From positions 1,088,001 through 1,152,000 of the forward strand of contig CBDDCX010000008.1 of assembly GCA_965226375.1 (NCBI GenBank): a DNA stretch of 64,000 nucleotides. The letters run 5' to 3'. This DNA comes from Longimicrobiales bacterium (GTDB lineage: Bacteria > Gemmatimonadota > Gemmatimonadetes > Longimicrobiales > Gaopeijiaceae). Below are positions 51,188 through 61,483 of the stretch, piece by piece. Numbering within the stretch: the stretch's first letter is position 1; each line of letters begins with the position of its first letter. The notes under the pieces were generated by a model. The model had not been told where the DNA came from and did no database searches. It saw only the letters and a list, made by a program, of their open reading frames with translations. A program made the translations under genes and the position numbers.

Positions 51188-52693
51188 ATGAGCGGATTCA
51201 GCACGAGGCTCTTCCAGAGCCAACAGCTCCGTCAGGAGATGAAGATCAACCCTCGCCTCTACCAGGCGATGGAGTTGCTCTATATGCCGCTCCTGGACCT
51301 TCAGCAGCACCTGAAAACGGAGATGGAAGAGAACCCGTTCTTGGAGATGACCGAGGCCGATGTTCAGGATGAGGTAGAACTCCAGGAGGATGACAAGGAC
51401 GATACGCCCGACGACGACATCGACTGGGAGGAAATTCTCCTGGACGGCTTCGATGCCGGGGGACGACGGGAGCAATACGAGGTGCGAGAGCACTTCGAGC
51501 GGGCCCCGGTCGAAACAACGGACCTGAGGGATCACCTCTACGGACAACTTCGGATGCTCGACATCACCGAGCGAGGAATGCGCCTCGGAGAGGAGATCAT
51601 CGGTAACGTGAACGATGTCGGCACGCTAACGTGTCATCTCGACGCCGTCGTTCTCGGGGTGAATGGTTGGCTTTCCGACCTACGTCCGTCCGCACAGGCC
51701 GAAATCGAGGCCATCGATGACGAACACGAGCGAAAAGCGGGGCAGGAGGAGCTGGATGAGCTCTTCAGGCCCTACGACATCGGTGAAGCCGAAGCGATGC
51801 TCGACAAGGTGCAGGCATTCGATCCCCCGGGTGTTGCGGCGAGGGATCTCCGGGAGTCCATCCTGATTCAGCTCCGCTTGCTAGGGAGGGGCGAGTCCCA
51901 GACGTATGAGGTCGTGGCCGGTCACTTCGAGGACCTCATCAATCATCGCTGGGTCGACGTCGCCCGGGACCTGGGAATCAAGCCCATCGAGGTCCAGGAC
52001 GCCGCCGATGAGATCTCCAAGCTCGACCCGAAACCCGGCCTGAAGTACTCGGCCGACCCCGAGCGTTACATCATTCCGGACCTCATCGTCGAGAAGATCG
52101 ACGGGGAATACATGGTCTTTGCCAACGACACCAGCCTTCCTCGGCTTCGCCTCTCCCAGTCCTACCGGGACGTGGCCAGAAACAAGGGTCAGTTCAAGGG
52201 AGAGAACAAGGAGTTCATCTCCCGGAAGCTGAACTCGGCGAACTGGATGATCCAGGCGATCGAGCAGCGTCGACAGACGATGCTGAAGGTGATGGCGTTC
52301 ATCGTGGACCGGCAGCGCGACTTCTTCGAGTACGGTGTCCAACATCTGAAGCCGCTCACGCTGCGCGAGGTCGCGGACCACATCGAGATGCATGAGTCGA
52401 CCGTCTCCAGGGTCACGAACGAGAAATACGTGCAGACGCCGCGTGGGGTGTTTTCACTCAAGTTCTTCTTCTCCAGTGGACTCGCTACCACGAGTGGAGA
52501 GGACATTTCGGCCAGGGGCGTGAAGGACAAGATGCGGAAGCTGGTCGACGAAGAGGATGCCCGGAAACCCCTCACCGACCAGAAGATCGTGGAGCTTCTC
52601 AGGCTCGATGGCGTGAAGATTGCCCGTCGGACTGTCGCAAAGTATCGGGATCAGTTGGGTGTCTTGCCGGCTCGGATGCGGAAGCGGGTCTGA
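51188..52693 (+). CDS. rpoN: RNA polymerase sigma-54 factor
   Basis: Gln/Leu-rich region I, ENPFLE, HESTVSR, RpoN box ARRTVAKYR. Confidence 0.98.
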   Translation: MSGFSTRLFQSQQLRQEMKINPRLYQAMELLYMPLLDLQQHLKTEMEENPFLEMTEADVQDEVELQEDDKDDTPDDDIDWEEILLDGFDAGGRREQYEVREHFERAPVETTDLRDHLYGQLRMLDITERGMRLGEEIIGNVNDVGTLTCHLDAVVLGVNGWLSDLRPSAQAEIEAIDDEHERKAGQEELDELFRPYDIGEAEAMLDKVQAFDPPGVAARDLRESILIQLRLLGRGESQTYEVVAGHFEDLINHRWVDVARDLGIKPIEVQDAADEISKLDPKPGLKYSADPERYIIPDLIVEKIDGEYMVFANDTSLPRLRLSQSYRDVARNKGQFKGENKEFISRKLNSANWMIQAIEQRRQTMLKVMAFIVDRQRDFFEYGVQHLKPLTLREVADHIEMHESTVSRVTNEKYVQTPRGVFSLKFFFSSGLATTSGEDISARGVKDKMRKLVDEEDARKPLTDQKIVELLRLDGVKIARRTVAKYRDQLGVLPARMRKRV

Positions 52694-53655
52694 TGGAGCA
52701 GGCCCTGCACACCAAGGAGTCCGTCGGTCGGCTTTCACCAGAAGCGCGCCGCGACTTCGCGGTGGTGATTCCCGCCTTCAATGAGGCTCCGGTGGTGCCA
52801 GACCTCATCGCCGAGCTCAGGGCCACTTTCGAGCGTTTTGATCTGGACGGTGAAGTCCTGGTGGTGGACGATGGCTCCACCGACGGCACTGGGGACTTGG
52901 CAGAGGAGCAGGCCGGCGACTGGAGCTCGGTGCGCGTTCTGCGTCATCGGACCAACCTCGGAAAGACCGAGGCCATGCTCACCGCGGCGCGTTCCACCGA
53001 CCGAACGTTCTTGGTTCTTTTCGATGCGGATCTACAGCATCTACCCGATGAGATTCCACGTTTCCTGGAGGCGCTCCATGCCGGCTCGGACATCGTCACC
53101 GGTCGCAAGGTAGGAGCATACGACAAGCGCGCGGTCTCGTCCCTCTATAACGGCTTGAGCCGGCGCATTTTCCGAGTCCCTGTCAGCGACCTCAACTCGA
53201 TGAAGGGCTTCCGGAGAGAAATTCTGGACGAGCTCCATCTTCGCCACGACTGGCATCGTTTTTTTGTAGTCCTGGCCCACGCTCGAGGTTACTCCGTGAG
53301 CGAGATCGACATCGATCTTCACCCGAGGCGAGCTGGAGTGTCCAAGTACACCGGGCTTTTCCGGATCGGCGGTGGGTTGATGGATCTCCTTTCGGTCTGG
53401 TTCCTGCTCCTCTTTTCCCGCAAGCCGCTCATCCTCTTCGGGTTCAGTGGCATGGTACTCATCGGCCTTGGAGCCGTGGTAGGTGGAGTGGCTTTCTGGC
53501 TCCGCTTCGTGGAAGGCTTCGGCTTCAGGCCCCTCCTTTATCTGGTCATCCTGCTCGAGACGGTGGGCTTTCTTCTTGTCGGCGTCGGCCTGCTTGCCGA
53601 GATGATCGCTCAGCTTCGGGAAGAGGTCGACTCCCTCAGGCGCGGCGCTCGTTGA
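52693..53655 (+). CDS. GT2 glycosyltransferase (ArnC/GtrB/DPM-like, two C-terminal TM helices)
   Basis: VIPAFNE, VDDGSTDGT, DADLQ, R.AG.SKY, two TM segments. Confidence 0.9.
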   Translation: MEQALHTKESVGRLSPEARRDFAVVIPAFNEAPVVPDLIAELRATFERFDLDGEVLVVDDGSTDGTGDLAEEQAGDWSSVRVLRHRTNLGKTEAMLTAARSTDRTFLVLFDADLQHLPDEIPRFLEALHAGSDIVTGRKVGAYDKRAVSSLYNGLSRRIFRVPVSDLNSMKGFRREILDELHLRHDWHRFFVVLAHARGYSVSEIDIDLHPRRAGVSKYTGLFRIGGGLMDLLSVWFLLLFSRKPLILFGFSGMVLIGLGAVVGGVAFWLRFVEGFGFRPLLYLVILLETVGFLLVGVGLLAEMIAQLREEVDSLRRGAR

Positions 53656-53662
53656 GCGCGTT

Positions 53663-54892
53663 TTGTCCGGGGCACTCGTCCAGAGCCCTAAGGCGTGGCG
53701 CTCGTTGAGCGCTTCGTCGGTCCGACCTCCGCGAGTACTCGCCGTGGTCGGGACCCGGCCGGAGGCCATCAAGATGGCCCCGGTCGTGGCCGCCCTAAGG
53801 AAGAGCAGTCAGGTGGAGACCCGACTCGCGATTACCGGGCAACACAGCGACCTCTTGGAGCAGGCCCTGGGCGCCTTCCGACTCGAGGCCGACTACGACC
53901 TCGGTATCATGCGAGAGGGCCAGACCCTGTACGATGTCGGCCACGGTTGTCTCGACGGCCTGAGGGAGGTCGTCCAGGGTTATAGACCGGACATGGTGTT
54001 GGTTCAGGGGGACACCGCGACGGTGTTTTTCGCCTCTCTCGTGTCCTTCTTCGAGAAGGTCCGGGTCGGCCACGTAGAGGCGGGCCTTCGCTCCGGAGAT
54101 AAGTGGGCCCCTTTTCCCGAAGAGGTGTTTCGGCGGCTCACCGATGTGATCACGGACCTCTACTTTGCCCCGACTCTGTTGGGGGCCGAGAGGCTTGTGG
54201 CCGAGGGTGTCGCACCCGAGCAGGTCTATGTTACGGGCAATACAGTCGTCGACGCGCTCCTCGAGGCGATCAGAGCCCACCGAGAGTCGGAGGATCCCTC
54301 ATTGGCCGCTATCCTCGCTGATCGGGACACCCGCCTGGTGCTCCTGACCGCGCATCGCCGAGAATCGTTCGGGCAGCCTTTGAGAGACGTTTTCACTGCG
54401 GTACGTCGCATCGTGGACGAGCAACCGGACGTGGAAGTCCTCTACCCCGTGCACCCCAACCCGAACGTCACCGAGCCGGCGAGGGAGCTCCTCGGCAATC
54501 ATCCGAGAATCCATCTGGTGGAGCCCTTGGTGTACCTGGATCTAGTGACGGCGCTAAAACATGCCGATCTGATCCTCACGGATTCCGGGGGCATTCAGGA
54601 AGAAGCACCGACCTTCGGTACGCCGGTCCTCGTGTTGCGTGAGGTCACAGAGAGGCCCGAGGGCGTAGAGGCCGGGGTAGCCCGGCTCGTGGGCACGGAT
54701 ACAGAGAGAATCGTGGCAGGGGCCCGCGAGCTCCTCGCCGAGCACCCAGCTTCGAGTAATGACGTTCCCAAGGCTCCGGTGAGTACCCCCAATCCGTACG
54801 GAGACGGGAGGGCAGGGGAGCGCATCGCCGACATCGTGATCTCGACTCTGACCGGCTCCACTCGTTCGACATCGGACTGGGACGGGCCGTGA
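53663..54892 (+). CDS. wecB: Non-hydrolysing UDP-N-acetylglucosamine 2-epimerase
   Basis: GTRPEAIKMAP, VQGDT, HVEAGLRS, TAHRRE, TDSGGIQEEAP, NPYGDG. Confidence 0.95.
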   Translation: MSGALVQSPKAWRSLSASSVRPPRVLAVVGTRPEAIKMAPVVAALRKSSQVETRLAITGQHSDLLEQALGAFRLEADYDLGIMREGQTLYDVGHGCLDGLREVVQGYRPDMVLVQGDTATVFFASLVSFFEKVRVGHVEAGLRSGDKWAPFPEEVFRRLTDVITDLYFAPTLLGAERLVAEGVAPEQVYVTGNTVVDALLEAIRAHRESEDPSLAAILADRDTRLVLLTAHRRESFGQPLRDVFTAVRRIVDEQPDVEVLYPVHPNPNVTEPARELLGNHPRIHLVEPLVYLDLVTALKHADLILTDSGGIQEEAPTFGTPVLVLREVTERPEGVEAGVARLVGTDTERIVAGARELLAEHPASSNDVPKAPVSTPNPYGDGRAGERIADIVISTLTGSTRSTSDWDGP

Positions 54893-56031
54893 ACGTGGCC
54901 ATGCACTGCGTCTACTTCCCACCGGAGGTAGGCGGATTGGAGAGCCATGTCCATTACCTTTGCCGAGGACTTGTCGATCGGGGGTGTGGCGTGTCGGTGG
55001 TCACGTCTCGGTCTCGGAAGGGACTCCCCGCCTACGAGGTCATGGACGGTATCCACGTCTGGCGGACATGGATGCCGGCTCGTAACACTCTGGGCTGGTC
55101 TCTTCACGGCGCGAGCTCCACGCCCAAGCTGGGTCAGGTCGCGCTGCAAGCCGACATCATCCACGCCCAGGCGTTCCAGTCGGTGCTTCCAGCCTTTGTA
55201 GCCAAGCGAGCCGCAAGGATCCCGCTGGTCTCGACCTGGCATACCTCCCACTTCCTCAAGAGGGCCGAAAGCCCGTTCTGGCGCCCGATCTTTCAACGCT
55301 TGTTGCGATGGTCGGATCACAACCTGGCGGCCAGTGTAGAGATCGCTGAGGTGGGCGAGAGCATCGCTCCCGGCGTCAAGGTGGAAGCGCTGGCAAACGG
55401 TGTGGAGACGGATGTCTTCCGCAGGGTCACACCGACTCTGCCTGACACGGAGCGAAGGCGCGTCATCGTGCCCAGACGCCTGTTTCACAAGAACGGCGTG
55501 GAATTCCTGATAAAGGCCATACCACTCATATCGGAGGAGGTGGATGTGGAGGCCGTCATCGTGGGGGACGGGCCTGAGCGGACGACCTTGGAAGCATTGG
55601 CGGGGGAGCTAGGTATAGTCGACCGCGTCCGCTTTCTCGGTGCACAAACACATGCGGAAATGCCTGGACTACTGAGTTCAGCCGAGCTCGCCGTCTTCCC
55701 GTCTCTCATGGAGGCCACGTCCGTGGCGGCCCTAGAGTGTATGGCCTGTGCACTTCCGGTTGCCGCCTCCAACGTGGGCGGTCTTCCCGAGTTGATCGAT
55801 GACGACGTTGGAGGATTGTTCGAGGCCGGCAATCCTACGGCGCTTGCCCGGACCGTACTCTCTCTCTTGCGTCGTGATGACCTTGCGACGGTCGGGACCC
55901 GCGCGAGAGCCAGGGTCGTGGAGCGGTGGAGCAACGCTCGCCTAGTCGATCGGCATCTCGAGATCTACAGGGGGCTTATCGAAGGGCGACGGTCCTCCGC
56001 GAACTCGGCGTCGGTTGTAAGGGGAGAGTAG
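54889..56031 (+). CDS. GT4 glycosyltransferase
   Basis: FPP.VGG.E, NGV, R.L...G, E....ALE.MAC..PV.ASNVGG.PE. Confidence 0.9.
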   Translation: MNVAMHCVYFPPEVGGLESHVHYLCRGLVDRGCGVSVVTSRSRKGLPAYEVMDGIHVWRTWMPARNTLGWSLHGASSTPKLGQVALQADIIHAQAFQSVLPAFVAKRAARIPLVSTWHTSHFLKRAESPFWRPIFQRLLRWSDHNLAASVEIAEVGESIAPGVKVEALANGVETDVFRRVTPTLPDTERRRVIVPRRLFHKNGVEFLIKAIPLISEEVDVEAVIVGDGPERTTLEALAGELGIVDRVRFLGAQTHAEMPGLLSSAELAVFPSLMEATSVAALECMACALPVAASNVGGLPELIDDDVGGLFEAGNPTALARTVLSLLRRDDLATVGTRARARVVERWSNARLVDRHLEIYRGLIEGRRSSANSASVVRGE

Positions 56032-58562
56032 TGGGCAAGAACAAGCGACTCGGCGGTTCCGAAACCTCGCCCGACCGAAGTCCGGGTACGGGAGTGGAGA
56101 TCCCGGCATGGCTGCCCCCGGTGTTGTATGGGGCAGCCACTCTGTTTCTCTTCCGAGCCTTCGTGTTCTCCGACGCCATGCTGTACGGCTCCGACACGGA
56201 AAGCCTGGGCTATATGGCGCGTGAGTTCTACGCCAACGCGGTGAAAGGGGGAGGGGGGTTCCCGTTGTGGAATCCCATTATCCTCGGGGGCACTCCTTTC
56301 ATCGAGTCGCTGGCCGGGGGAGACTCCCTTTACCCGCCGAGCGCCATTCTCCTTTTTCTGTTGGATCCTCACCGTGCTTTGGGGTGGAAGCTGGTCTGGC
56401 ACGTCTTCTTCGCCGGCATCTTCATGTACGGCTGGATCCGCTGCTTGGACCTGTCTCGGGCCTCGGCGCTCCTGGCCGGGTTGGCGTACGGGTCAGCGCC
56501 CTTCATGGTGTCGCTGGTTCACGGAGGGCAGGACGGGAAGATCTTCGTCATGTCGCTCACTCCGCTGCTGTTCTGGGCCACCGAGTCGTTTTTCATCCGC
56601 TCGACTCCTGCCCGTTTCGCGGTTGTCAGCCTGGTCATCGGTGGCATCATTCTCACGACTCACTTCCAGACCGCCTACTTCCTGTTCTGGGGAGTAGGGG
56701 CGTATGCGCTCCTGCGCACCATCCAGTTGTGGCGCCAGGGGGCCACCGAGGACGGGAGTTCTGCTCCCGTGGGGCACGGCGAGAGCGGTCGTGCTGCCTT
56801 CGCCCGATTCGGCGCCTTCATGTTGGCCGCCATCCTGGGAGCCGGGATCGCGGCCGTCCAGCTTATTCCGGCGAGCACTTATGTGGTCGACCACTCCCGT
56901 CGGACCTCCACCACTACCCAGGCGGATGACCGGGAGGCGATCGCCTACTCCAGTTCCTGGTCTCTGCATCCAGAAGAGATCGTAGGACTGGTCGTCCCCG
57001 AATTCGTGGGCGTGTCGGGAGCCGAAGCCGACTGGGCCCAGGGCACCTACTGGGGCCGCAACGGTTTCAAGGGTAATCACGAGTACGGCGGCCTCGTCGT
57101 CCTCCTGCTGGCGGCGGTCTCCTTCTTCGGTGGGGCGCGGAGATACCTTCGCTACTTTCTGGCCGGTCTCGGCGGCTTCGCCCTGCTTTTCTGTCTGGGG
57201 AGCCACACGCCGGTATGGAGGCTCACCTACGAGCTCATCCCCGGAATCTCCCTTTTCCGCGCGCCTTCTCTCGCGATTTTTCTCTTCGGCTTCAGCACGG
57301 CGACGCTCATGGCGTTCGGAGTGGAACGGCTTCTCGAACTGTCCAGGGAGGGAAGCGAGAGCCAGTGGACTCGACCTGGACGCTTCCTCTGGATGTCGTC
57401 CGGACTGTTTCTGCTGGGCCTCCTCCTGGCGGCCTCGGGTATCCTTACGAGTGTGTGGACCGCGGCCATCTATCGGGACATCCCGGAAAGGTCGGTCGAG
57501 ATTCTCGTCCGTGCCCAGCCGTTTATTCTTCGGGGGTTCATGGTGGCCGTGTTGCTTGCGACGGCCACGGCCGCCGTCGCCTGGGGTCTTCGCACCGCTC
57601 GGCTGGCGCCGGCGGGAGCCGTGCTGGCACTTGCGATACTGATCGGTGGGGACCTCGTTCGGGTCGATAACGCGTTCATCCGCACCACGGACTTCGGGCT
57701 CTTTCGAGGCACCGACCCCAACATCGACATGTTGCTTGAGCGACAACGTACCGAGGATCCGTTTCGGGTGTTCTCCCTACAGGGGTTCCAGGGCCAAGAC
57801 GTACGACCCGGCATGTTCGGTCTCGAGCTGGCCGGCGGGCATCATCCCAATGACCTGGCTCGGTACCGGGACGTGATCGGAATGGTTGGAAGTAGCCTTC
57901 CCGTGAATCTGGTCGGCTCGGCGAACGTGCTGCGCATGTTGAACGTGCGATACATCCTGTGGCCGGAGCAGCTAGGCACCCCCGAGGACCAGGGACTGCC
58001 GGCGCCCGTCACGGACAACCTGGAGCTGGTCAGCCAGACGACCATCGGGGGCCGTCCCTATGAGTCGGTCTACCGCTTTACGGACCTTCCCAGAGCCAGG
58101 CTGGTGGGGAGCGCCGTCGTCCTTCCCGATGATCAGGCCGTGCCCTTCATGCTCAGCGAGGGCTTTGACCCGGCCGTACAGGTGGTCCTCAACGCCCCTC
58201 CTCCAATCGATCTGCCGGGCGAGCCGGTCGAGGGATCCGTGGAGTGGCTCGAGCGGGGCAACAATCGGATGAGCCTCCGGGTGACCGCAGACCGTGCTGG
58301 GCTTCTGGTGCTGGCGGACAACTGGTTCCCCGCATGGCGAGCGCGGGTAGACGATGAAGATGCGCCCGTCCTCAGGGCGAACCACACGCTGCGCGCCGTA
58401 CCGGTGCCGGCCGGCGTCCATGAAGTGGCGCTCTCATACGAGTCGCCGCAGCTCGGTTGGAGCCTCCGGCTCACGGTCTTGAGCCTGGTGCTGGTATCGC
58501 TGCTGCCGGGCGCGCAGTGGGTGCTCGAGCGGAGGCGAGGGAGAGGACGAGAACCCCAGTGA
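56031..58562 (+). CDS. YfhO-family (GT-C-like) polytopic membrane protein
   Basis: FPLWNP....G.PF, LYP, many TM helices, FRAP, C-terminal L.LADNWFP.W.A.VD..ANH.LRAV.VPAG.HEV...Y. Confidence 0.85.
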   Translation: MGKNKRLGGSETSPDRSPGTGVEIPAWLPPVLYGAATLFLFRAFVFSDAMLYGSDTESLGYMAREFYANAVKGGGGFPLWNPIILGGTPFIESLAGGDSLYPPSAILLFLLDPHRALGWKLVWHVFFAGIFMYGWIRCLDLSRASALLAGLAYGSAPFMVSLVHGGQDGKIFVMSLTPLLFWATESFFIRSTPARFAVVSLVIGGIILTTHFQTAYFLFWGVGAYALLRTIQLWRQGATEDGSSAPVGHGESGRAAFARFGAFMLAAILGAGIAAVQLIPASTYVVDHSRRTSTTTQADDREAIAYSSSWSLHPEEIVGLVVPEFVGVSGAEADWAQGTYWGRNGFKGNHEYGGLVVLLLAAVSFFGGARRYLRYFLAGLGGFALLFCLGSHTPVWRLTYELIPGISLFRAPSLAIFLFGFSTATLMAFGVERLLELSREGSESQWTRPGRFLWMSSGLFLLGLLLAASGILTSVWTAAIYRDIPERSVEILVRAQPFILRGFMVAVLLATATAAVAWGLRTARLAPAGAVLALAILIGGDLVRVDNAFIRTTDFGLFRGTDPNIDMLLERQRTEDPFRVFSLQGFQGQDVRPGMFGLELAGGHHPNDLARYRDVIGMVGSSLPVNLVGSANVLRMLNVRYILWPEQLGTPEDQGLPAPVTDNLELVSQTTIGGRPYESVYRFTDLPRARLVGSAVVLPDDQAVPFMLSEGFDPAVQVVLNAPPPIDLPGEPVEGSVEWLERGNNRMSLRVTADRAGLLVLADNWFPAWRARVDDEDAPVLRANHTLRAVPVPAGVHEVALSYESPQLGWSLRLTVLSLVLVSLLPGAQWVLERRRGRGREPQ

Positions 58563-59506
58563 AACAGGCAGGCCTCCGAATCGCCCAGATCGGCCTCACG
58601 GTGATCGTCACCTGGTTCATCCTGGACCGAGTGGGTGTCGACCTGGCCGCGCTCGGTACGGTGGAGCCGGCCGAATGGAGACCCAACCTGCTCCTTCTGG
58701 CCGTTTCATGCCTCGTCCTTCTTCTGGGCTACCTCTTCTCGGCCTGGCTTTGGGGACGGATCGTCCGTGACCTCGGAGGTCCCACCCTTTCCGCGTGGAC
58801 GGCTATGCGGCTCTTCATGGTCGCCAACCTCGGCCGATATGTGCCAGGAAAGGTGTGGCAGATTGCCGGCTTGGCCTACTTGGCCAAAGGAGAGGGCGTT
58901 TCGGGCGGCGTGGCCACGGGAGCGGCCGTGCTGGGGCAAGGTGTGGCGCTCCTGGCCGCCTCCCTCCTGGGCCTCGGTACGTTGTTCGGGCCCGACGAAG
59001 TCTGGCGTCGGTTCAGCTGGATGGGCCTGGTGGGCGGTATCGCCGTTGCGGTGGTCATCATCGCGGCGGTCACTGTGCCATCCCTCTTCCGGCGTGTGGT
59101 ACGCGGCTGGTGTCGGCTGACCCGCACGGCTCCGCCCGAGCACCCACGGAACGGGAGTAACGTCGGTCTCCGGTGGCTCGCCTTATACGTGCTGAACTGG
59201 GGGATCTACGCCACGGCGTTTTGGTTACTTTACCTCAGCTTCGGCGAATGGAAGACGTTCATGCAGGTTGGTCCCGCCTTTGCTGCGGCCTATGTCGCAG
59301 GGTATCTGGCCATCTTCGCTCCCGCTGGAGCAGGCATACGCGAGGGTTTCTTGATCGCCTTGCTACAGCCGACCATGAGCGGGGAGACGGCACTCGTGGT
59401 CGCGCTGGTGGCGCGGGTCTGGACCACTGCGGTGGAGCTCGTGCCGGCGGCGTTCTTTGCCGTCATGCATACTCGAACCTCCAACTTCCAACTGACCGAT
59501 AAGTGA
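58559..59506 (+). CDS. Lysylphosphatidylglycerol-synthase-TM / flippase-like membrane protein
   Basis: NLGRYVPGKVW, PAGAGIREG, multiple TM helices. Confidence 0.82.
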   Translation: MKQAGLRIAQIGLTVIVTWFILDRVGVDLAALGTVEPAEWRPNLLLLAVSCLVLLLGYLFSAWLWGRIVRDLGGPTLSAWTAMRLFMVANLGRYVPGKVWQIAGLAYLAKGEGVSGGVATGAAVLGQGVALLAASLLGLGTLFGPDEVWRRFSWMGLVGGIAVAVVIIAAVTVPSLFRRVVRGWCRLTRTAPPEHPRNGSNVGLRWLALYVLNWGIYATAFWLLYLSFGEWKTFMQVGPAFAAAYVAGYLAIFAPAGAGIREGFLIALLQPTMSGETALVVALVARVWTTAVELVPAAFFAVMHTRTSNFQLTDK

Positions 59507-60234
59507 CAGATCCGACGCCACGTATCCTGGTGATCATCCCCACGTTCAACGAGGCGGACAACCTTCTCCGCATCGTGCCGCTCGTCCTGAACCAGGACCC
59601 CAGAATCGAAGTGTTGGTCGTCGACGACAATTCGCCCGACGGCACGGGCGACCTCGCCGACGACCTGGCAGAAGACCTCGATCGGGTACACGTCCTACAC
59701 CGCCTGGGAAAGCAGGGACTGGGACGGGCCTACCTGGAAGGCTTTCAGTGGGGCCTCGATCGAGACTACGCACTCTTCATCGAGATGGACGCCGACTTTT
59801 CACACGATCCCGACGCGTTACCCGAGTTTATCGAGAAGGCGAACGAGTTCGACGTGGTCCTTGGATCGCGTTATGTGGGGGGACGCGTGACAGTCATCAA
59901 TTGGCCCATGAGTCGCCTTCTCATCAGCTACTTCGGCAGTCGTTACGCACGCATCGTAACGGGTCTGCCCGTGCGTGATGCCACCGGGGGTTTCAACTGT
60001 TGGCGCAGGGAAGTCCTGACGGCTTTGAACCTCGAGAAGATCGAATCGAACGGATACACGTTCCAGATCGAGCTGAAGTTGAGGGCATGGCGCCGCGGAT
60101 TTTCTCTGACCGAAATACCGATCATCTTCGCGGAGCGGGACTCGGGGGAGTCGAAGATGTCGAAGGCCATCGTGTTCGAGGCGGTCTGGAAGGTCTGGAA
60201 GCTCCGTTTGCTCCACCTTTTCGGTCGACTGTAG
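59503..60234 (+). CDS. Polyprenol-monophosphomannose synthase-like GT2
   Basis: IIPTFNEA.N, DDNSPDGTG, K.GLG.AY..GF, MDADFSHDP, DATGGF, ER..GESKMS. Confidence 0.92.
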   Translation: MTDPTPRILVIIPTFNEADNLLRIVPLVLNQDPRIEVLVVDDNSPDGTGDLADDLAEDLDRVHVLHRLGKQGLGRAYLEGFQWGLDRDYALFIEMDADFSHDPDALPEFIEKANEFDVVLGSRYVGGRVTVINWPMSRLLISYFGSRYARIVTGLPVRDATGGFNCWRREVLTALNLEKIESNGYTFQIELKLRAWRRGFSLTEIPIIFAERDSGESKMSKAIVFEAVWKVWKLRLLHLFGRL

Positions 60235-60245
60235 TCCGTCGCTCC

Positions 60246-60857
60246 ATGCCGATCCAGCACCTACTCTACCGATGCCCCCGGTGCGGCCACGACCCCACGA
60301 CCGCGACCACCAGTGGCGCTCGATGTGACTCTTGCGGGACCACGTTCGAGCAGGGAAGGGCCGCGGTGGTCCTCGTTCGCTCCCCCGACGGGGACCTGGA
60401 AGAAGCCTCTGCCTGCACTCTGATTGCCGCCATCGACGCGTTTGGTGGTGCGGCCGAGGGTGCGGAGGGGAACGTTTCATACGAAGCCCAGGTGGTGGTG
60501 GCACGCGGAAATCAACATCAGGCGGTGTGGTGGAAGCGCAGGGTCGTGGGTTTTTTCGAGCTCCTGACCGAACGCAGAAAGGCGACGCTCCGGCTCGACG
60601 GCACGAAGTTGACGGTTACCTCCATCGATCGGGAACCGCTCATCTGGAAGGTGGAGAACATCCGGGCCATGCAGATCAGCTCCACGTCCATCCAGCTCAA
60701 CATCCGGGGCGTCGGGCTTTATCAGATGGAGTTTCTGAGCGACTCGCCGAAACGCTGGGAGGACCTGCTGAAGGCCGCCCTACGCCGCGTCCACGCGGCC
60801 CTCGGCCGGGAAGTCATGGAGTTTCAGCCGCAGATCATCACGAGAGCGCAGTCGTGA
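60246..60857 (+). CDS. Hypothetical protein with an N-terminal Zn ribbon
   Basis: LLYRCPRCG...RCDSCG; stop overlaps the GTG of the next gene. Confidence 0.72.
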   Translation: MPIQHLLYRCPRCGHDPTTATTSGARCDSCGTTFEQGRAAVVLVRSPDGDLEEASACTLIAAIDAFGGAAEGAEGNVSYEAQVVVARGNQHQAVWWKRRVVGFFELLTERRKATLRLDGTKLTVTSIDREPLIWKVENIRAMQISSTSIQLNIRGVGLYQMEFLSDSPKRWEDLLKAALRRVHAALGREVMEFQPQIITRAQS

Positions 60858-61483
60858 TCCTCCTTCGTACAGCACGTGCGATTGCCGGAGTATACTTCAG
60901 AACCATCATCAAGCTCCGCTTCGAAGGGACGGAACACGTCCCGGTGAAGGGGGCGTTCCTCCTCGTGATGAACCACCAGAGCCACCTCGATCCTTTGCTG
61001 GTACACACCTATTGTCCGCGGTTCCTCTTCACCATGACAAAGAGTTCGGCCTTCCGTAACAGGGTGATGCGATGGGTTGAGCCACGGGTCGGGGCGTTTC
61101 CCACCCGCCGCTACCAGGTGGATCCCCAAGCCGTTCGGGTGGCGCTCCGATATCTGGAAGAAGGCAAGGCCGTAGGAGTGTTTCCCGAAGGAGAACGCTC
61201 CTGGGACGCCAAGCTGCAGAAGCTGCGCCCCGGCACGGTACGCCTCATGCTCAAGGGTGGGGTTCCGGTGATCCCTTGTGGTATCGTCGGCACCTATGAG
61301 ATCTGGCCCCGATGGGGAAGCATGAACTGGTTCAAAATTGGCCCCGGGCGACCGCGCGTGACCATCCGGTACGGTGAGCCGCTACACTTCGGGAAGCATG
61401 ACGACAAAGCCGGCCGGGAGGCGATCCTTCCCGAGGCGACCAAACGGGTCGAGGAGGCCCTTCTGGGCCTCATGACGCCGTGA
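60854..61483 (+). CDS. Lysophospholipid acyltransferase (PlsC-like)
   Basis: NHQSHLD (HxxxxD), VFPEGERS, PVIP.GI.G. Confidence 0.9.
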   Translation: MILLRTARAIAGVYFRTIIKLRFEGTEHVPVKGAFLLVMNHQSHLDPLLVHTYCPRFLFTMTKSSAFRNRVMRWVEPRVGAFPTRRYQVDPQAVRVALRYLEEGKAVGVFPEGERSWDAKLQKLRPGTVRLMLKGGVPVIPCGIVGTYEIWPRWGSMNWFKIGPGRPRVTIRYGEPLHFGKHDDKAGREAILPEATKRVEEALLGLMTP

